In this document: piece after piece, positions 1-13,425 of the stretch
Layout: the number at the start of each line of letters is the position of its first letter
Numbering within the stretch: position 1 is the stretch's first letter
Origin: Amphiscolops sp. MND2022
Taxonomy: Eukaryota
Direction: 5' to 3'
Length of the DNA: 64,000 nt
Assembly (NCBI GenBank): GCA_964187785.1
Contig: OZ076409.1
Coordinates: 15,750,001 to 15,814,000, forward strand
Program-made: the position numbers and the translations under genes
Notes under the pieces: model-generated
What the model was told of the DNA's origin: nothing
What the model saw: only the letters and a program-made list of their open reading frames with translations
Databases searched by the model: none

Positions 1-462
1 TCCAGCGAAGCGTTACAAGACGCTGTGATTACCAAAATGAGTCAATTAGCTTGACCAAGCATCCGTGCTTGTGTCCCCGGCTAATTGCTGCCTCAAAAGT
101 GCTAATTATGTAGTAATTTTCGTATTTTCTTGTTGTAACAGCTCGTGAGCTACTCATTTCGATCTCCTGTGTAACTTCGAAAAAACTTGATTTTTCCTTT
201 CCACCACTTGCATTTTTTAAAGGCTGTCTAAGTGTTGGTTTCGAAGAAAAAGCGTAATGCGCACTACTGATAGCAATTACAGACTGGATCAGGCCGGCGA
301 GCACTTCACAAGAAGCGGAATCCTCCTCTGACGGGACAGTTTTTACCCGAAAGAGGCAAAATGAGCTCATGGTCATGGGCGCCTGTCCCGGGCAAATACC
401 CATATCATGTGTTCCTCTAACTCTTATGGTTACGGCGACAATGGTGAGAGCTTGTCGTTACA
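1..462 (+). mobile_element. 3' part of an LTR of the element-B family (solo or 3' LTR, runs off window start)
   Basis: 214-462 matches 38322-38570 (249 bp, no differences seen) and ends in CGTTACA. No PBS follows. 1-213 is only patchily similar to the element-B LTR. Confidence 0.9.
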
Positions 463-1083
463 AAGCTCCAAAATTGTTTGCAAAACAGATTCTGAAGTGT
501 TTTCACAAATTTAATAATATTTGATCAAGCGTTTTTTGATTACCTTCAAAATCATTCGGGTTTCGAGCTAATTTATTTTCAGACCAAATCATTTTTTACA
601 ATCAGGGGTCCAATTCATTTATTACAGTATGGTACGTTTTCACTGCGATAAAAACTATAGTATTGCGTCGAGTGAATAAAATCAGCATCCAAAGGAGTTA
701 GCAAATAAGAATCACCAACGACTCATTCAAATTAAACAAACGACGACCAAAGAATGTTACATGTGCACAAAATCATATGCGGCGTTCGCTTCCACTTTCA
801 ACCCAAGCTACCATTTCGTTAACATTAGTTGAGATTTGCTGTAACAAGCTAATCAATTTCTACTGGTTGTTCGTTCAACATATGCTTCATTTAACGCGGA
901 ACGGTGTATGTGGGGAAACATGTACACTTTTTTGTTTGTACCTGTAACTGAAGGACCAAAGAGTTGAATAGAAGGGTCACTTGTTCATTAGAATGCGATT
1001 GCGTTTAGCGCCGCGCATCCAACTTGAAAGGCACGAGAAAGTAACATAAAGAACACAATGGAAAAATCTTGAACGGATTGGAA

Positions 1084-1269
1084 TTACAAATTTAGGTCGG
1101 TCTTACAGCCACAAACGTCAAAGATACTGCAGCGTTCGGCAGTTTTTTTGACGCTTTATCATCTCTTAGAAAAACGATGTTGATAGGATTTAAGCATGTG
1201 ATCAAAAAAACTGCCGCACTCTACATCATCTTTGACGTATTTGGTGGCTGTCAGGCCTTACATTTGTAA
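1084..1269. mobile_element. MITE-like imperfect inverted repeat
   Basis: Left arm TTACAAAT..CAGCCAC..ACGTCAAAGAT..CGGCAGTTTTTTTGA pairs with right arm TCAAAAAAACTGCCG..ATCTTTGACGT..GTGGCTG..ATTTGTAA. Confidence 0.6.
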
Positions 1270-1747
1270 GACCAATAAATTCATGTTTTATGTGATACTT
1301 AAATTGTTACTGAAAAATTATATTGATAAGAATCAACCTCTCGTGGTAAGATCACGATTGGCAGTTTTGGCAATATAATTGAAGTATACCCAACTGGAAT
1401 CAGTCATTCGTATCAGATCAAAAAATACCGTAAAATACAGAATACCGTAAACCCCTTGGAAAATTTTACAATGCATTTTGAAAGTTGTGAATGATTTATT
1501 TTCGTATTATGACTTGAATTCTCACAATATTAGCATCGCGGATATGCTGTTTTCGGTCACATCTCGTATAATCTCGGAGTATTTGACCTCGGAAACATCT
1601 TTGGTGAAAACAATTCAAACGTTTGATTGAAACATTTGTCGATAAAAAATTCCTTTCCTCAGAATGAAAAAGTGTTCAAAGGAGGGATGTTTTTTCCCAA
1701 AAAAGCAGTCAAATGGTTGTTCATCAACAGTTTATATCAAGGCTAAC

Positions 1748-2165
1748 CACCGAACGATGATGTTGATGTCAGGTAGAAGTAAAATTTGCACGTGTATCGG
1801 TTGATCAGCGTGAAAGGGGATTGAAACAGGGAAGAAGAAGCAGCTTGGATCCCAATCAGCACAATAGGGAATGAATCAGCCACTGCCAGACTTTTAATGA
1901 ACGTAGTGCCTGATGTTGGTGAGCCCAAACGAGAAGCAGTCAGAAATGCGAAGCAGTTGCTGATCAGTCCAATCATCGCAACTATCACGCTCAAGACCCA
2001 CATCACTTGTCGAATTATCAACAAATCCAGAACAGATTCTGTTTGGGGTGGATAAATCGTTGACTCGCGTTCATTCAGGCAACCTTGAAAAGATTCAACG
2101 ACTTTTGTTGTCTGAGAGCCAGTAGAAGTTTTAATTATTACTTTGCTGGTTGACAAAAAAGCCAA
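1748..2165 (-). CDS. Exon of a class A (rhodopsin-like) GPCR, TM1 to start of TM3
   Basis: TM1 VMWVLSVIVAMIGLISN (GxxxN), TM2 FIKSLAVADS (LAxAD), and CKFYFY (conserved Cys before TM3). The frame ends at a plausible GT donor (GTTAGC) near 1748. The 5' boundary is uncertain and further exons were not identified. Confidence 0.8.
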
Positions 2166-4582
2166 GTGGAAGTAAGATACGTTTTTGAGCAGTGCTCGAA
2201 ATTCTTCTGATCATTGTGAAAACCATTGAGTGGATGAGATCTCATCCGTTATCATCTTATGTTAGATCTCATCCAATATGATTTGTCCTTAGGCATTGTC
2301 AAAACCACGTTTTGTCACTAGATCTTCAACGCATGCATCACTTAATATTGTTCATGTATTTCTATTCATGGCCTTAGTGTTTTTCGTTTGATTGTTACTT
2401 CGTTCAAATGTTGTGTTCGATTGATTATTCTTTTTTCACTGTTGTTACAGCGACCCTTAAAAACAAATTTCTGTGATATCGGTACCTCCTTCTACGTGGC
2501 TGTTATCTAATGAGCCTTTTTGTTCACTGATCATTCAGTTGTGTAAATGAATTGGGCTTGGTTTACAATTTCGTTGGATTTCTGTGATTTAGGTTTATAT
2601 CCACTGACAAGCGCTTTGGTTTCTCCTTGTTGTCGAACATATTTGAAATCAATGATTAATTTTAGTATCTTCTTTTCCGTAACAGCTTGTTTGTTTGTTG
2701 TGTTTTGTTATTAGTTCTTTCGCCAGCTTAGCGTTATCCCTAGGCGTTGAACCTAAACTTATCCTATTGACGATGATGATTTTGCTTTTGTGATTAAATG
2801 CGGTAGTTCGATGATTTCTTTGATAGTTTCGGCTGTTGCTCTGTTTTTTTTTTCAGCAATTTTCATTCTACAATGATTTGAAGTGGAATTTTTCAATCTT
2901 TTGCTGATACCTATGTTTTAGATTTCAATGTAGTCCCAGTTGTCTTCTATCAAAGTGTGTTTTCTGTTTTTAGTCGGCGTTTTTCAAGTGAAAAGTGCCC
3001 GACTATCACAGTGACTAGTTTTTAGTTGGCGCTCTTGTTGTGAAAAGTGCCCGACTATTACGGTGGCTAGTTTTTTTCATCAGACCACAGACCTCATCGT
3101 ATATGTACCACTTTTTAGTACAGACATTACGACACCAAACAGGGAACTTTTGACTGCAACAGATCTGTTGCTGTGTGGTGTGGATTCTTCACATCGATTA
3201 CATTACGTGGGTTTTCAAGAAATGAGGAAAGTGGAGTGAAACAATTTTCTGGATTGTTGCACTAATACCTGCGTAACCTGCAAAGAATCGCCGAAACAAA
3301 ATTTTCACTGTTTTCCTGAATTCTTGAAATTTTGTGGATTCTTCGTTTTAGCAATTATTAGCAAATATTAGTTTGCGGGGATTCTTCACTAATTAGGTCA
3401 CTTATTTGAGTTACCAAAATTTTGTAGATTCTTCGTTTCGTATGAAATCACAGAGATACCATAAAGAAAATTTGTGGATTAATTCTTTTGTATATGAACA
3501 ATTTTGAAAGATATGTTGAAAGGGTTTTCACAATAAAAATTCCCTGTTTGCCGAATTGTAATAAGTTCCTATTAATTGTAATGAAACAAATGATTTTGTA
3601 ACGACTCCAGGTGCGTTTAAGTAGAATGTTTAAAATAGATAACTCAACACCCCCCCCACCCCAGTTTGTCAAATGTGATAAAAATCCCTATTTCTAATTG
3701 TATTGAAACAAATACGTTTGAAAAGCCTCCAGAATTGATTAAATAGAATGTTTCAAATAAACAACCCCCATGTTTGTCAAATAAAGAAATCCCTATTTCC
3801 AATTGTATTGAAGCATGAGCCCCATCTTCATTTTTGCACTACTAATAATATTGTCTGAATTCTTCCGTCAAATTGGCGGCACTTTGAAGTTCACTTTTTC
3901 CTCATTCCTAGAAAACACATTTTGGTAGTCGCAAAAGCCAATTTTCCTCAATTCTTGTAAAACACAAAGTTCCCTGTTTGGCGTCGTAACGGACTTTACT
4001 CGGTTTACTGTGAACCCAGCGGTCACGGGTTCGACTCCTTGCTTTAGCTAGAAACTTTTTTGAGCATTCCCGAAAGCGGACAAAAAATTTCATTTTTTCA
4101 GCACTGTGCGACTCCAAAGGGTCCCCCTTTCAATTTTTTTTGATATTTTGCAACAAACTGGATTTCCAAAAAGCCCGAAGGGTCCCTTTTTACAGTTTTA
4201 GAAACTTTGCGCTTTTTGAGCCATGGATATTGCGCCGACTTTGTACGTTTCCGTCTTGTTCGTTCTTTTAGGTAGCTTCACATCGTGTCATAACGTTTCA
4301 TCTAGCTGTAATTTGTGCAATCTGTTGATTTCACTGCCAGTGCGTAGTTTTGTTGTCTTCACCAACTTGGTGAGCCGCACAGCCTGCAACGATTGTCTTT
4401 TTGTTTTTTCTTGAATATTGCGGTCTTGTCTCGATGTATCCCAACAGAATGTTCCTGGCCTTTTTGTTTATACAGTCTTTGTTGTTCGTGTTTCACTTCA
4501 CTGCCCTTGCGCCATTTCTATCAAATAAGTCGGTCAGTCTCTTTTAGATGCATTCATACTTTGGTTCTGTTGTCATCACAAT

Positions 4583-5883
4583 TGTAAAGTGCGGCAGGCG
4601 GCCGCCTGCGATGCGAATTGGTACTCAATTTTTTACAGTCACTACAACACTCTCCCTGGAACGATCCCCTTTGATTAGGGAGGATGGACACGCTGTCCAG
4701 AAGGACAGAGATAAAACTGATAAACTCATTTTTACTCAACCATAATAATACATTTTTTGCTGAATTTGGAATTAATAACCGGACATGGGGACATATTTAC
4801 CCATATTTTAGAGCGAATTTAGCTTGTATTTGGTTGATATACTGTTAATCTAATACACGAAGCATGTAAAATAAGTAATATGCTGTCAGTAATTGGTTAC
4901 CAAGGCGTACAGGTAGAGGAAACGCGTTCAAATGTTTCCTCTCCTGTCGCTGTGGACACTCAGTCCGCATTAATTTTCAACCAATCACGTTGCAGTATTA
5001 ATCGGAGTGCTTTGATTTTGTGCTTTTAAATAATGATTTGTTTAGTTATACAAAGATGCAGGCATAACGCATTTGATGTGGCCTGGAGGTCAAGACGTCA
5101 TAGTATTTATAAATAGTTGGTGCTATTTTTAGAATAGTTATTAAATCTTTATAGATCATGACAGACACATTACTGTTTGCGAGTCATGCAATTTTCAATA
5201 TATAAATAATACGGACCTGACGTCCAACACAATTCAATGCTGTTATTAACCAATACCGTTGTGTTGATTGAACAAACTCTGTTTAGAAGATAAAATTTCA
5301 ATTAATACTTCTCTTGTACAAGTCTCTTATGCCTTCTACTAGAAGACAGAAAGCAAAAACTAGAAAGTCTGAAGAAATGGTCGTGATGTCCGACTTTAAA
5401 ATATGGACATGATTATATGGAATGAGGACACTAATCCTATTGAAAGAGAATTAGCAAAGTGCAAATGAGGAATCATCAGTACTTGGGGATATTGAGTCTA
5501 ATACTTACCCAAGAAATGAATTCAGAGCACTTAATTGTGAAAATAATGATCATAGAACAAATGGAGAAGAGACTACATGGAAACTTTTCTCAAATTGGCT
5601 TAACCTAAGATTATCTCAAGAAAAGGATTCCATGACTGTCATCATGCATTCACAAATTAACAGAGCCATAAAGCCATAAGTAAGCAATTTCTGATAGAGT
5701 AATTCCTGAAATAAAAACATCACGAGTTCGATGTCTTCGTCGGTAAACAAGACACGGAGGCCAGTTCGTCCCCAAATAGTCAGGAGAATAAAGAAAACAA
5801 TCCTGGGTTAAAAATGAAAAGTACAAAGAGGGACTCTCGTTCCGCTGGTGATCTGAGAGACACGGAAGACCTAGGTCCTTACA
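4583..5883 (+). mobile_element. 5' LTR of Gypsy-like element C (~1.3 kb)
   Basis: Starts TGTAAAG and ends CCTTACA. Large parts recur at 13903-15196, which stops at the same CCTTACA. Followed directly by TTGTGACAGGAG, resembling a tRNA-Leu PBS (TGGTGTCAGGAG). Confidence 0.75.
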
Positions 5884-7050
5884 TTGTGACAGGAGCTACC
5901 GACACCCAACAGCAAATTCCTGATTTTCTGACTGGACGAATCGACTCAATTCCGACACTTAATCTACAGGAATCAACTCATTATAATTCCCAGGATGCTC
6001 CTCTACCAGTACAAGAACCTGAAGTAGCTGATATACCCCAAGACCCAATTAACAGATTGGCTGACGTACTAACCAATCTGCAAAACAAACCCCAATCGAT
6101 GACAATTCGACCGGTTACATCAACTCCCATAACATTTGACAAGAAGAGCTAAAAATTTGAGATATTTGAAGCCTTGTTCCATACGACGATCAAAATGCAA
6201 CCCGTGACGACCCAGCAAATGAAAATTAACAATTTTTATTCCTTGCTGCGAAAGGGGCATTGCAGACATTCAGGAACATAAACTCTAACAACCGTCAAAC
6301 ACTTGAGGAGGTACTGGTCATTTTCCGGCGACAATACGTACAACCGGAATCCCAAGCTACAGCAAAACATAAATGGCATAGCCTCATTTTTGACCCTAAC
6401 ACCATGAAACTGCCTGACTTCTTAGAAGAATTGAACCAAGGCATCGAAAAAGTTTTTGGTGAAAACGCAAAAAGCATGATTGACAGCTTGTTGTATGCTA
6501 AACTGCCTCCAAAGTTGAAACGGTCTGTCAATATGGCCCGTCTGGAGAACGGAACGTATGAAGGGATTGTAGCTCAACTTGAGAGAGAGCTTCAACTCAA
6601 TGCATTGGAGGAATCAGACGACCTAACAATTGCCACAATGCCCTCAGCGTCTACAAGTGGCCGCAACTTGCTCTCCAATGGCATTGACACCAATAAGGAT
6701 GCCCAATGCTCCTAATGTACAGCAACTGGCCATTTCTTTAAAAACTATCCAAAATTGAAGAAGAAAAAAGAAATGGAGGACAAAATGGCAAAAAATTTTC
6801 TACGCCAAACATACCCACCATGCGAAATTTGTAGAAAAAGAATCACCCAACGGAAAGATGTTGGCAAGGCGCTGGAGCTCATCTACGTCCCAAAAGGACC
6901 CGACACGATGAAAAAGCCAATGATGACTCAAATGATGAAGGAAAATCCAAGAAGTCTAATAACACCGAAACCTCCTCCTCAGGCTATTCTTCTTCCTAAA
7001 AGCCTGAGTCAAAAACCTAATTTTGGCACGACTCCGAATACATGACTTTT
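5378..7050 (+). pseudogene. gag: Gypsy-like gag, frameshifted, with decayed zinc knuckles
   Basis: Fragments 5814-6152, 6260-6715 and 6755-7045: capsid-like helical segment (ALQTFRNI..VIFRRQYV..KLPPKLKRSV), then CS*CTATGH and CEIC..NH...RCW knuckle remnants. Contains stops and frameshifts. Confidence 0.75.
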
Positions 7051-7159
7051 GTGGGTTATACAAAATGTCATATCAGAACCCCCAACGCTTAACTTGCGCC
7101 AATATATCAAGGACTACTATGACCGGAAGTCCAAAGGTGCTCTCTGCCTATATATATAT

Positions 7160-7680
7160 TGTACTACGTTGAGTAAGTACCAATAAAACGCAAAGTACAC
7201 CGAATCAAACTAAAAAATTCGTGCCTAATACGCCCGTACAGGACATTTATTCCGGTGAGAAATTACAGCCAGACGATGAGATAGTAATACCGCAAGACGA
7301 CTTGTATACCGAATGACGACGCAAGCGGCGGTGTGGACCATTACGTCATTGAACTTGAACGCAGCAGCGTAAGTGAAAATGAAAGCTGCAGCGAGAAGAG
7401 AAACAAAAATGACGTCACTGAGAATGAAATACGGCCGAGACCGGCCATTAGCCGTGACACGGCGTCTCTTCTGAATGAACAGCCTAACTTGGCTCAAATG
7501 AAAATGCCGTCTCTAATGAATTAAACGATGCTGAAATTGTTTCAATTGGAGGTGCGGATATTACCGTGCCCGAATATCGGTAAATAAAAGTTCCGAAGAA
7601 CATTCAAGCCCTAGAGGAGGGAAAAATGATTTTCGACCTAACCCCACCTCCAACTTTTCTGATGAATACAGATACAGTCA
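7160..7680 (+). pseudogene. Remnant of pol C-terminal tail (PR/RT/RH/IN core deleted)
   Basis: Degenerate frames after gag end in RGG...DFRPNPTSNFSDEYRY, resembling post-integrase tails. No RT or integrase motifs remain. Confidence 0.4.
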
Positions 7681-7929
7681 GAATATTTTATTCAAAGTCC
7701 CTTCCTGCTATTTGTTCAGGAGGAATGTATTTTTAACTGGGACTATACTGACTTCATTTTTTTTGATATATACCTACAACAACAAAAGAGACTCAGGGGC
7801 GAATAGTACAAAGCTCCAACTGGATCACAACTTACATATAATGAAAACTTACAACAAAGAAGATAAATACAAATCGATTAACAATAAATACAAGAAGGTG
7901 GACCAAAAACGAATCTACTCTTTTTACAT

Positions 7930-10900
7930 TTATGGATTAGATGACCTTCCTTGCAACTCCTTCATGGCTTTGGTGACTTCGGAAGCAAGAATATCTCCCT
8001 CATCGACCGACTTAACAGTTTTTCCAGGTGAACGGAAAACTGTCCCTGACTATGCATTGATAACGATGGAGGAAACTTGGGACTTGTAGGCTGTCAAAAG
8101 TGCCTTGTAAAGTTTCCCGTGTCCAAACGAGTCAACATGAGTCCAAGGGTCCCGAGGAACATTCCTTGAATCAAAGCGTGACTCAGCTCGTGAAATTTGG
8201 CCAAAGCAGATTCCGATACATAGGAAGTCACGGAACGAGGTACAGATGATAAGTAGGAATGTGCAGGCAAAAGGACACTTGATAAAGTGTCGGCACTTGA
8301 CACTCGGCGCCCTGAAACCGGATTGCGGGCGGACTGGTTGCTTTCAGTTAGACAAAGACAACTGAGTCTGAAAATACGGAGTAACCGAGGCCTGTTTCTC
8401 AAGGCTGGCATTGGCATCAGCAAGTCCACTACGTCGGTAATCAACTCCGGAATTCCAAAACCCCCACAGGAATTGCGAAAGTAGTCAATGAATTCGACAT
8501 TTCTGCTCAGTATTCGGATTCGTTAGCTTCTAGAACCCATCCTCGAAGTTGCAAGCTATGAAATAAAGCACTAAAGCAAAACAGGGCTTGTTCCATGGGC
8601 TGGGTGAGAAGGACGGTGAAGTCAAAACTTGCCATTCCACGAACTATGCCAGCTGTCAATCGAATGTCTCTCAGCAAGGAATCCAAGATGTACACTATGT
8701 AGTTTCGAGCTTGGTGTAGCCAAGTTGTCTCTCACGGTCTCAGCTAGTCTATCGATGATAGAATTCAGATTCTTTTTGCCGCTGTTCTCCTTTCGAACCT
8801 TTGCCTGGGAGACTTCATCCAGGTTGAACTTCAGTTTAAGTCGAGTGAGGAAGTCACGACAAGACAACTCGCGGCACTCATCCAGAGGGAGCTGTAGAAG
8901 TCCTGACCAGTCCTGTCAGCGGGGGTATGCTTCTGTAATATGGCACAACTACACAATTTGCGGATGTACCGACACAGCTCACCAAAGGTAAAAAACCCAG
9001 AATCTCTTCGCCTCATCAAACTCCGACTGAAGCACTTGTTGTCTAAACGGAGTAAAACACGACCAGTTAAAATACATCACGAACAATTTTGGGCCAGATC
9101 AAAAGATAACTACAATCTTAGCCTTGTGTTATGCAAATATACCAGCGGATCATGTTACATACTCATGCTTAGATTAGAAATCACCGAGGGTTCTTACAAT
9201 CACAGACCAGCCGTCATAAGAATTCCAACTCAGCAGGAAACAAGTCATCGGCAATGATCGCCCACTCAAGACTTTGCGGTTTAAACAAGGCAGGAATAAG
9301 ATCAACACAGGAACCAAGTACCAATAACGCATGAACCCCAATGGATTGATAGTTGAAAAACCAAGTAGAAGAAAGTCTAGCGGCTCACCGTGTCTTTCAC
9401 CCCTTGCATGGCATTAGTGTGTTCGATCCTAGTGAGCAGATCCAACACGGGCTGCCAGTGAACTATCAGCTCAGAACAAATGGCTGGGACATTTAGCATC
9501 TCAACATTGCAAGCTTCAATTGCCTGGAAACACGGGACACAATGTCGTTCAAACTTACGATCCTAAGAACAAATTAAAGGAAGGCAAATGCTAACTTTGA
9601 TCAACTCAGGCGCCTGTACAGTCCATGGCTGGATGAGGATGCCGCCAAGTGCCAAGACCAGGAGTTTGAGTTGGGAGAAAAAATCAATAGTCCTAAAAAC
9701 GTTTGCCTCTGACTGGTGTATGAACGTTCGAAGGGAAAAGGCGTCAGATCGGAAGGGATACTGCACTCCATAGATGAACTACTCGCTATCGTCGAACGCC
9801 TGTACCACAGAAGCGGAACACCCAGACACACGGTCGAACTTGGGGTTAGCAGAAGTCACTGAGAGTAACCGTGAAGCTCCGGCGAAGTAACTTCCGGGAA
9901 TCCCAATGGATATGGGACAGCGATACATCTGGACCCGCACTGAGGTATCGTCTTTCCATAATCGGACAGACATCAAGTAAAAACGCCCGATAGTTTCTAA
10001 CTCTGGTGCGTACATGTCATTGGCAGGTATGTGGGAAGAGACGTCCTCGATTCCACAAATGAAGATGTGATGGAAGGTCGCCTAAACAAAGAAGAAAGAC
10101 GAACTCCCCAAGAGGTTCTAACTTGTATATCAATTCAGGGAAGGTGACTTTCGGTGAGCCTTGTGGGCCCCCAATCGAAGGGCGCGAAAACCTCCTCTTG
10201 GTTGTTCATGTACATGTCGGCTTGAGTCCAGAGCTTGTGGCGGAGCCCAGTATCCACACTAAGGGGAACCATGGTTGCAATCAAAGCAATGTGAGTGCTA
10301 TCTTGAGCAACTCCGGTTGTTTGCCGTCCCTCTAGCTGAGCGAGGTAATCTTCGTAGAAGGGAAGCTCTACTCCAATGTCTACTAATTGGGCATTCTCGA
10401 ATAGCGTCTTCTCCTTATCAAGCTCTAGGGGAGTTTGCAGGACACCATCTTTCCGCGGACTTGGTGAAGTCACGACTCCAGTAATCTTGTCTTTTTGGCT
10501 GAGATGGTCATATCGCCACAACTGATCCCTCCTTAGATGTGATTCGGCATGGTAATGTCATACGATTTCCCTGGCTCCCTTGGAATAGAAGGATACGATA
10601 TGTTTGAAATGTTCCAATGAAATTTGTACTGGTTGTGCGCAGGGTGAAGGCCTGTTACAAAAACCTTCGTCCAAAGGATGCCTTTAAAAAATGCCTCCTT
10701 CATTACCTTGCCATGTCGCCCCATGGGCTTTTTACGTTTCCGAGGAGGACTCTTAGTAGCAGCAACTTTCTCGGGATTCGGAATGAGAGTGGACAAGGAC
10801 GCATAGTGTCCCAGGCTATACCCATTTGCAGGACTTGCAGCAGTCACTCGTGATGGGTCGAAACTAGATGTACCAACTTGTTGTCAAGTTGGATTCACTA

Positions 10901-11930
10901 CACCATATTATCGGTGGTCTTCTTCCGTCGCGAAACAAAATGATAAACTGCCTGGTTCGTCATCGGTATTGACGGCTGCGCTGGTATGCCCTTCATTAGA
11001 AGAATCAATGTGAGTTGACTCATCTCCAGAACTACTGAAAGGCCCTTTGAGGGAATGTGATGTTCGGCCCGCATGTCTGCTGCGTTGCTTGGTCAAAACC
11101 TTTCCTGACGTGGCTTGCAAGAGCAGAGATTTCATAAGGTGGAAAGAGGACAAGATGGTTTCATCAGATATTGTCTTTAGTACCGTATGCATTTGCCCCT
11201 CAGTAAGAGCGATGGTGGGATGTCCTCGAGGCAAGACAATCGGGTCCTTCTCGGTAAAATATTTCCGTAGCAGGGTGTGTCCACTAGCTGACAGTCGTCG
11301 TGGCTCCTGCGAGTGTCCCTGACGAGATCCCGGTGACTCATTGGGAGATTCACCACCACTGAGGATATCCTCACTTTGGATAGGCACTTTTACAAAAAGG
11401 GAACCGTCCTTACCCTGCGAGACAACAGGTCCTCCGAGTCCAGAACTATTCATGACTTCTTCTACCTCACTCGTATCAGTAAAGTACTCTGCTGGATCAA
11501 TCAGATCCTTGGTAGCTGGAATGGTTATGACGCTGAGCTCTTCAGCATCTTCCGGTGCTCGCGTGGTCTGTTTCTTTCGGTCTCGCTGCTCGCTAGATAA
11601 CCCCACTTTTGGCTTGATGGCAGTCTTTTCAGATTTCGAAGACTTTGAGACAGTCCCGATTAGTCCCTCGGCTTGATTAGATGCACCTGGGAAGGTGGAG
11701 GTAACATTGAGTTCGTCCCGAGCAAGAATGGTTTCTACAGTTCTTTCAGCGTAGGTGGACAGACTTTCAGTGGCTGAATCACTGGACGCAGGCGTGGGGG
11801 TATGGGGCTGTTCAATTGGTCTCTCGCCTGAGGAATTCCCGGCAGCAGTTTGATGTAAAGGACCCTGAGTCCCAACTGGCTCAGATTGTTCTTTTCTAAG
11901 ATCTTCAGTACCAGACAGGGTGGGATTCAT
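7930..11930 (-). pseudogene. Antisense multi-exon cargo gene with decayed BED-type zinc finger and possible hAT-transposase-like body
   Basis: Chain of minus-strand ORFs (10908-11930, 10533-10847, 10135-10521, 9779-10015, 9563-9766, 8622-8867, 8094-8444) separated by frameshifts and intron-like segments ending TTTAG. PRKRKK NLS and a decayed Cys/His finger region near 10640-10540. Confidence 0.5.
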
Positions 11931-13425
11931 TCAGCTCTTCAGACGACATGTCTAAACGTGAAAAAATAAAATCAAGCGGGAACCTTCCTGAAAACCGTTC
12001 GTGACGAATCCATTACCGCGTTAAAAAATCTTCCGGAAGTAGATAAGTTTGAACTCAAGTGAACACTTGCGTTATTGGACAGGAAGTACGTGAATGAAAT
12101 TAGAGCTCTGATCAAGCCTCAAATCAGTTCAGAATTAAAACTAAAATGCATGAAGAAACCTGACATCTACTGACCTATTTGAATTCTGCTGTGGAGAAAG
12201 TCACTGGATGAATTTGTGGTGAAGACTGACGTAATTGACCAAGGTGACGTTGTTTCCGTATATGGACAGAAACTGTTGCAAAGAATCCGAAAAATGGCCT
12301 GGAGTCCAAGCTCTAGTCTGCTGCCGGACTGAAAAGAAGAGCGCTGTGTATCTCCCTGGAGAAGAAAGGAGTGCTGAAAGGGGACTCGGTGTCGATTATC
12401 CGGGCTAAGCCAAGAAAATCTACGGGAGTGAAGCTAGATGGACAGTATGTCCCAAGAAGATTAAATAAAAGAAGGTTACAGATAAATACGACTAAATAAC
12501 TAACTATGGATTAAACACGATGAAAATAATTACAATGGTGATTAAATACTGGAAACCACAAAGGTAATGAAAAAGAAAAATTAAGAGTAATGAATTGAGA
12601 AGCGAATTGGCAAAATGACAAGATGTCAAAGTTGGAGTTCGTGGCTGTACAGTTTGGTGTCACTTTTATAATTACAAGGGATTTACGATAGTATGTGGAT
12701 AGAGTCTGCCAGCGATACCTACATTACCTTATTTAATTCGAAAACTTTGTTATATCATGCAATTACTCTATTTTTTTGATCATTGTTCTATCATTTCACC
12801 TTTAGTATTTCATTTTACTTTACTTTCAAAGTCATTTCATTTTATTCCTGTTATGGACTTGCGGCCTTGGGTTGCCATTTTTTGGAGAAGAAAGTTCTCC
12901 GCGATTTCATTGGCTGCCTCGGAAAGAGCGAGACAGTCGTATCTTCACTCACTTGAAATTTTCAAGTAGCTGATGAGTGTTAATGCTTCAGAATTAGGAG
13001 TGTTAGTAGAAGTTATGAGAGTCAACAATGCCGCTGTCGGTGATTTCAAAGTGGCCTCAGCGGCTAGTTGAAAGCTGGTTACCGGGGAAAAAATTTGTTA
13101 TTGAGAAATCATTCAGAAAGCGTAGCATAAATCCCGAGAAAGGAAAACGAAGTTGAGTAAAATCCCTGCGAGTTGACAAAGAAGGAAATCGCCGTTCTTC
13201 TGATATCATCTGCACCGATCAGCGGCTTCCTACAATCTCAAAAGTTTGAAAATAGTTAGCCATTTCTGGAAAATTGCAAAAAAGATTCTCAAAGTAAGGT
13301 ACATCGTGGACCAGCAGGAAATTTTCCCTAGATTTCATTGGTGTGGCCCAATCTGAAGTAGAACTGGTCATTATTTACCTGTCAAGCGACGAAGACGGTC
13401 ACATGGCGTGCATTAGCCAGGCTCT

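Noticed and set aside
29..403. 124-aa ORF (also 38278-38511) and other LTR-internal ORFs such as 19618-19878 and 20140-20328
   Set aside because: Incidental frames in LTR sequence; they recur only because the LTRs are repeated.
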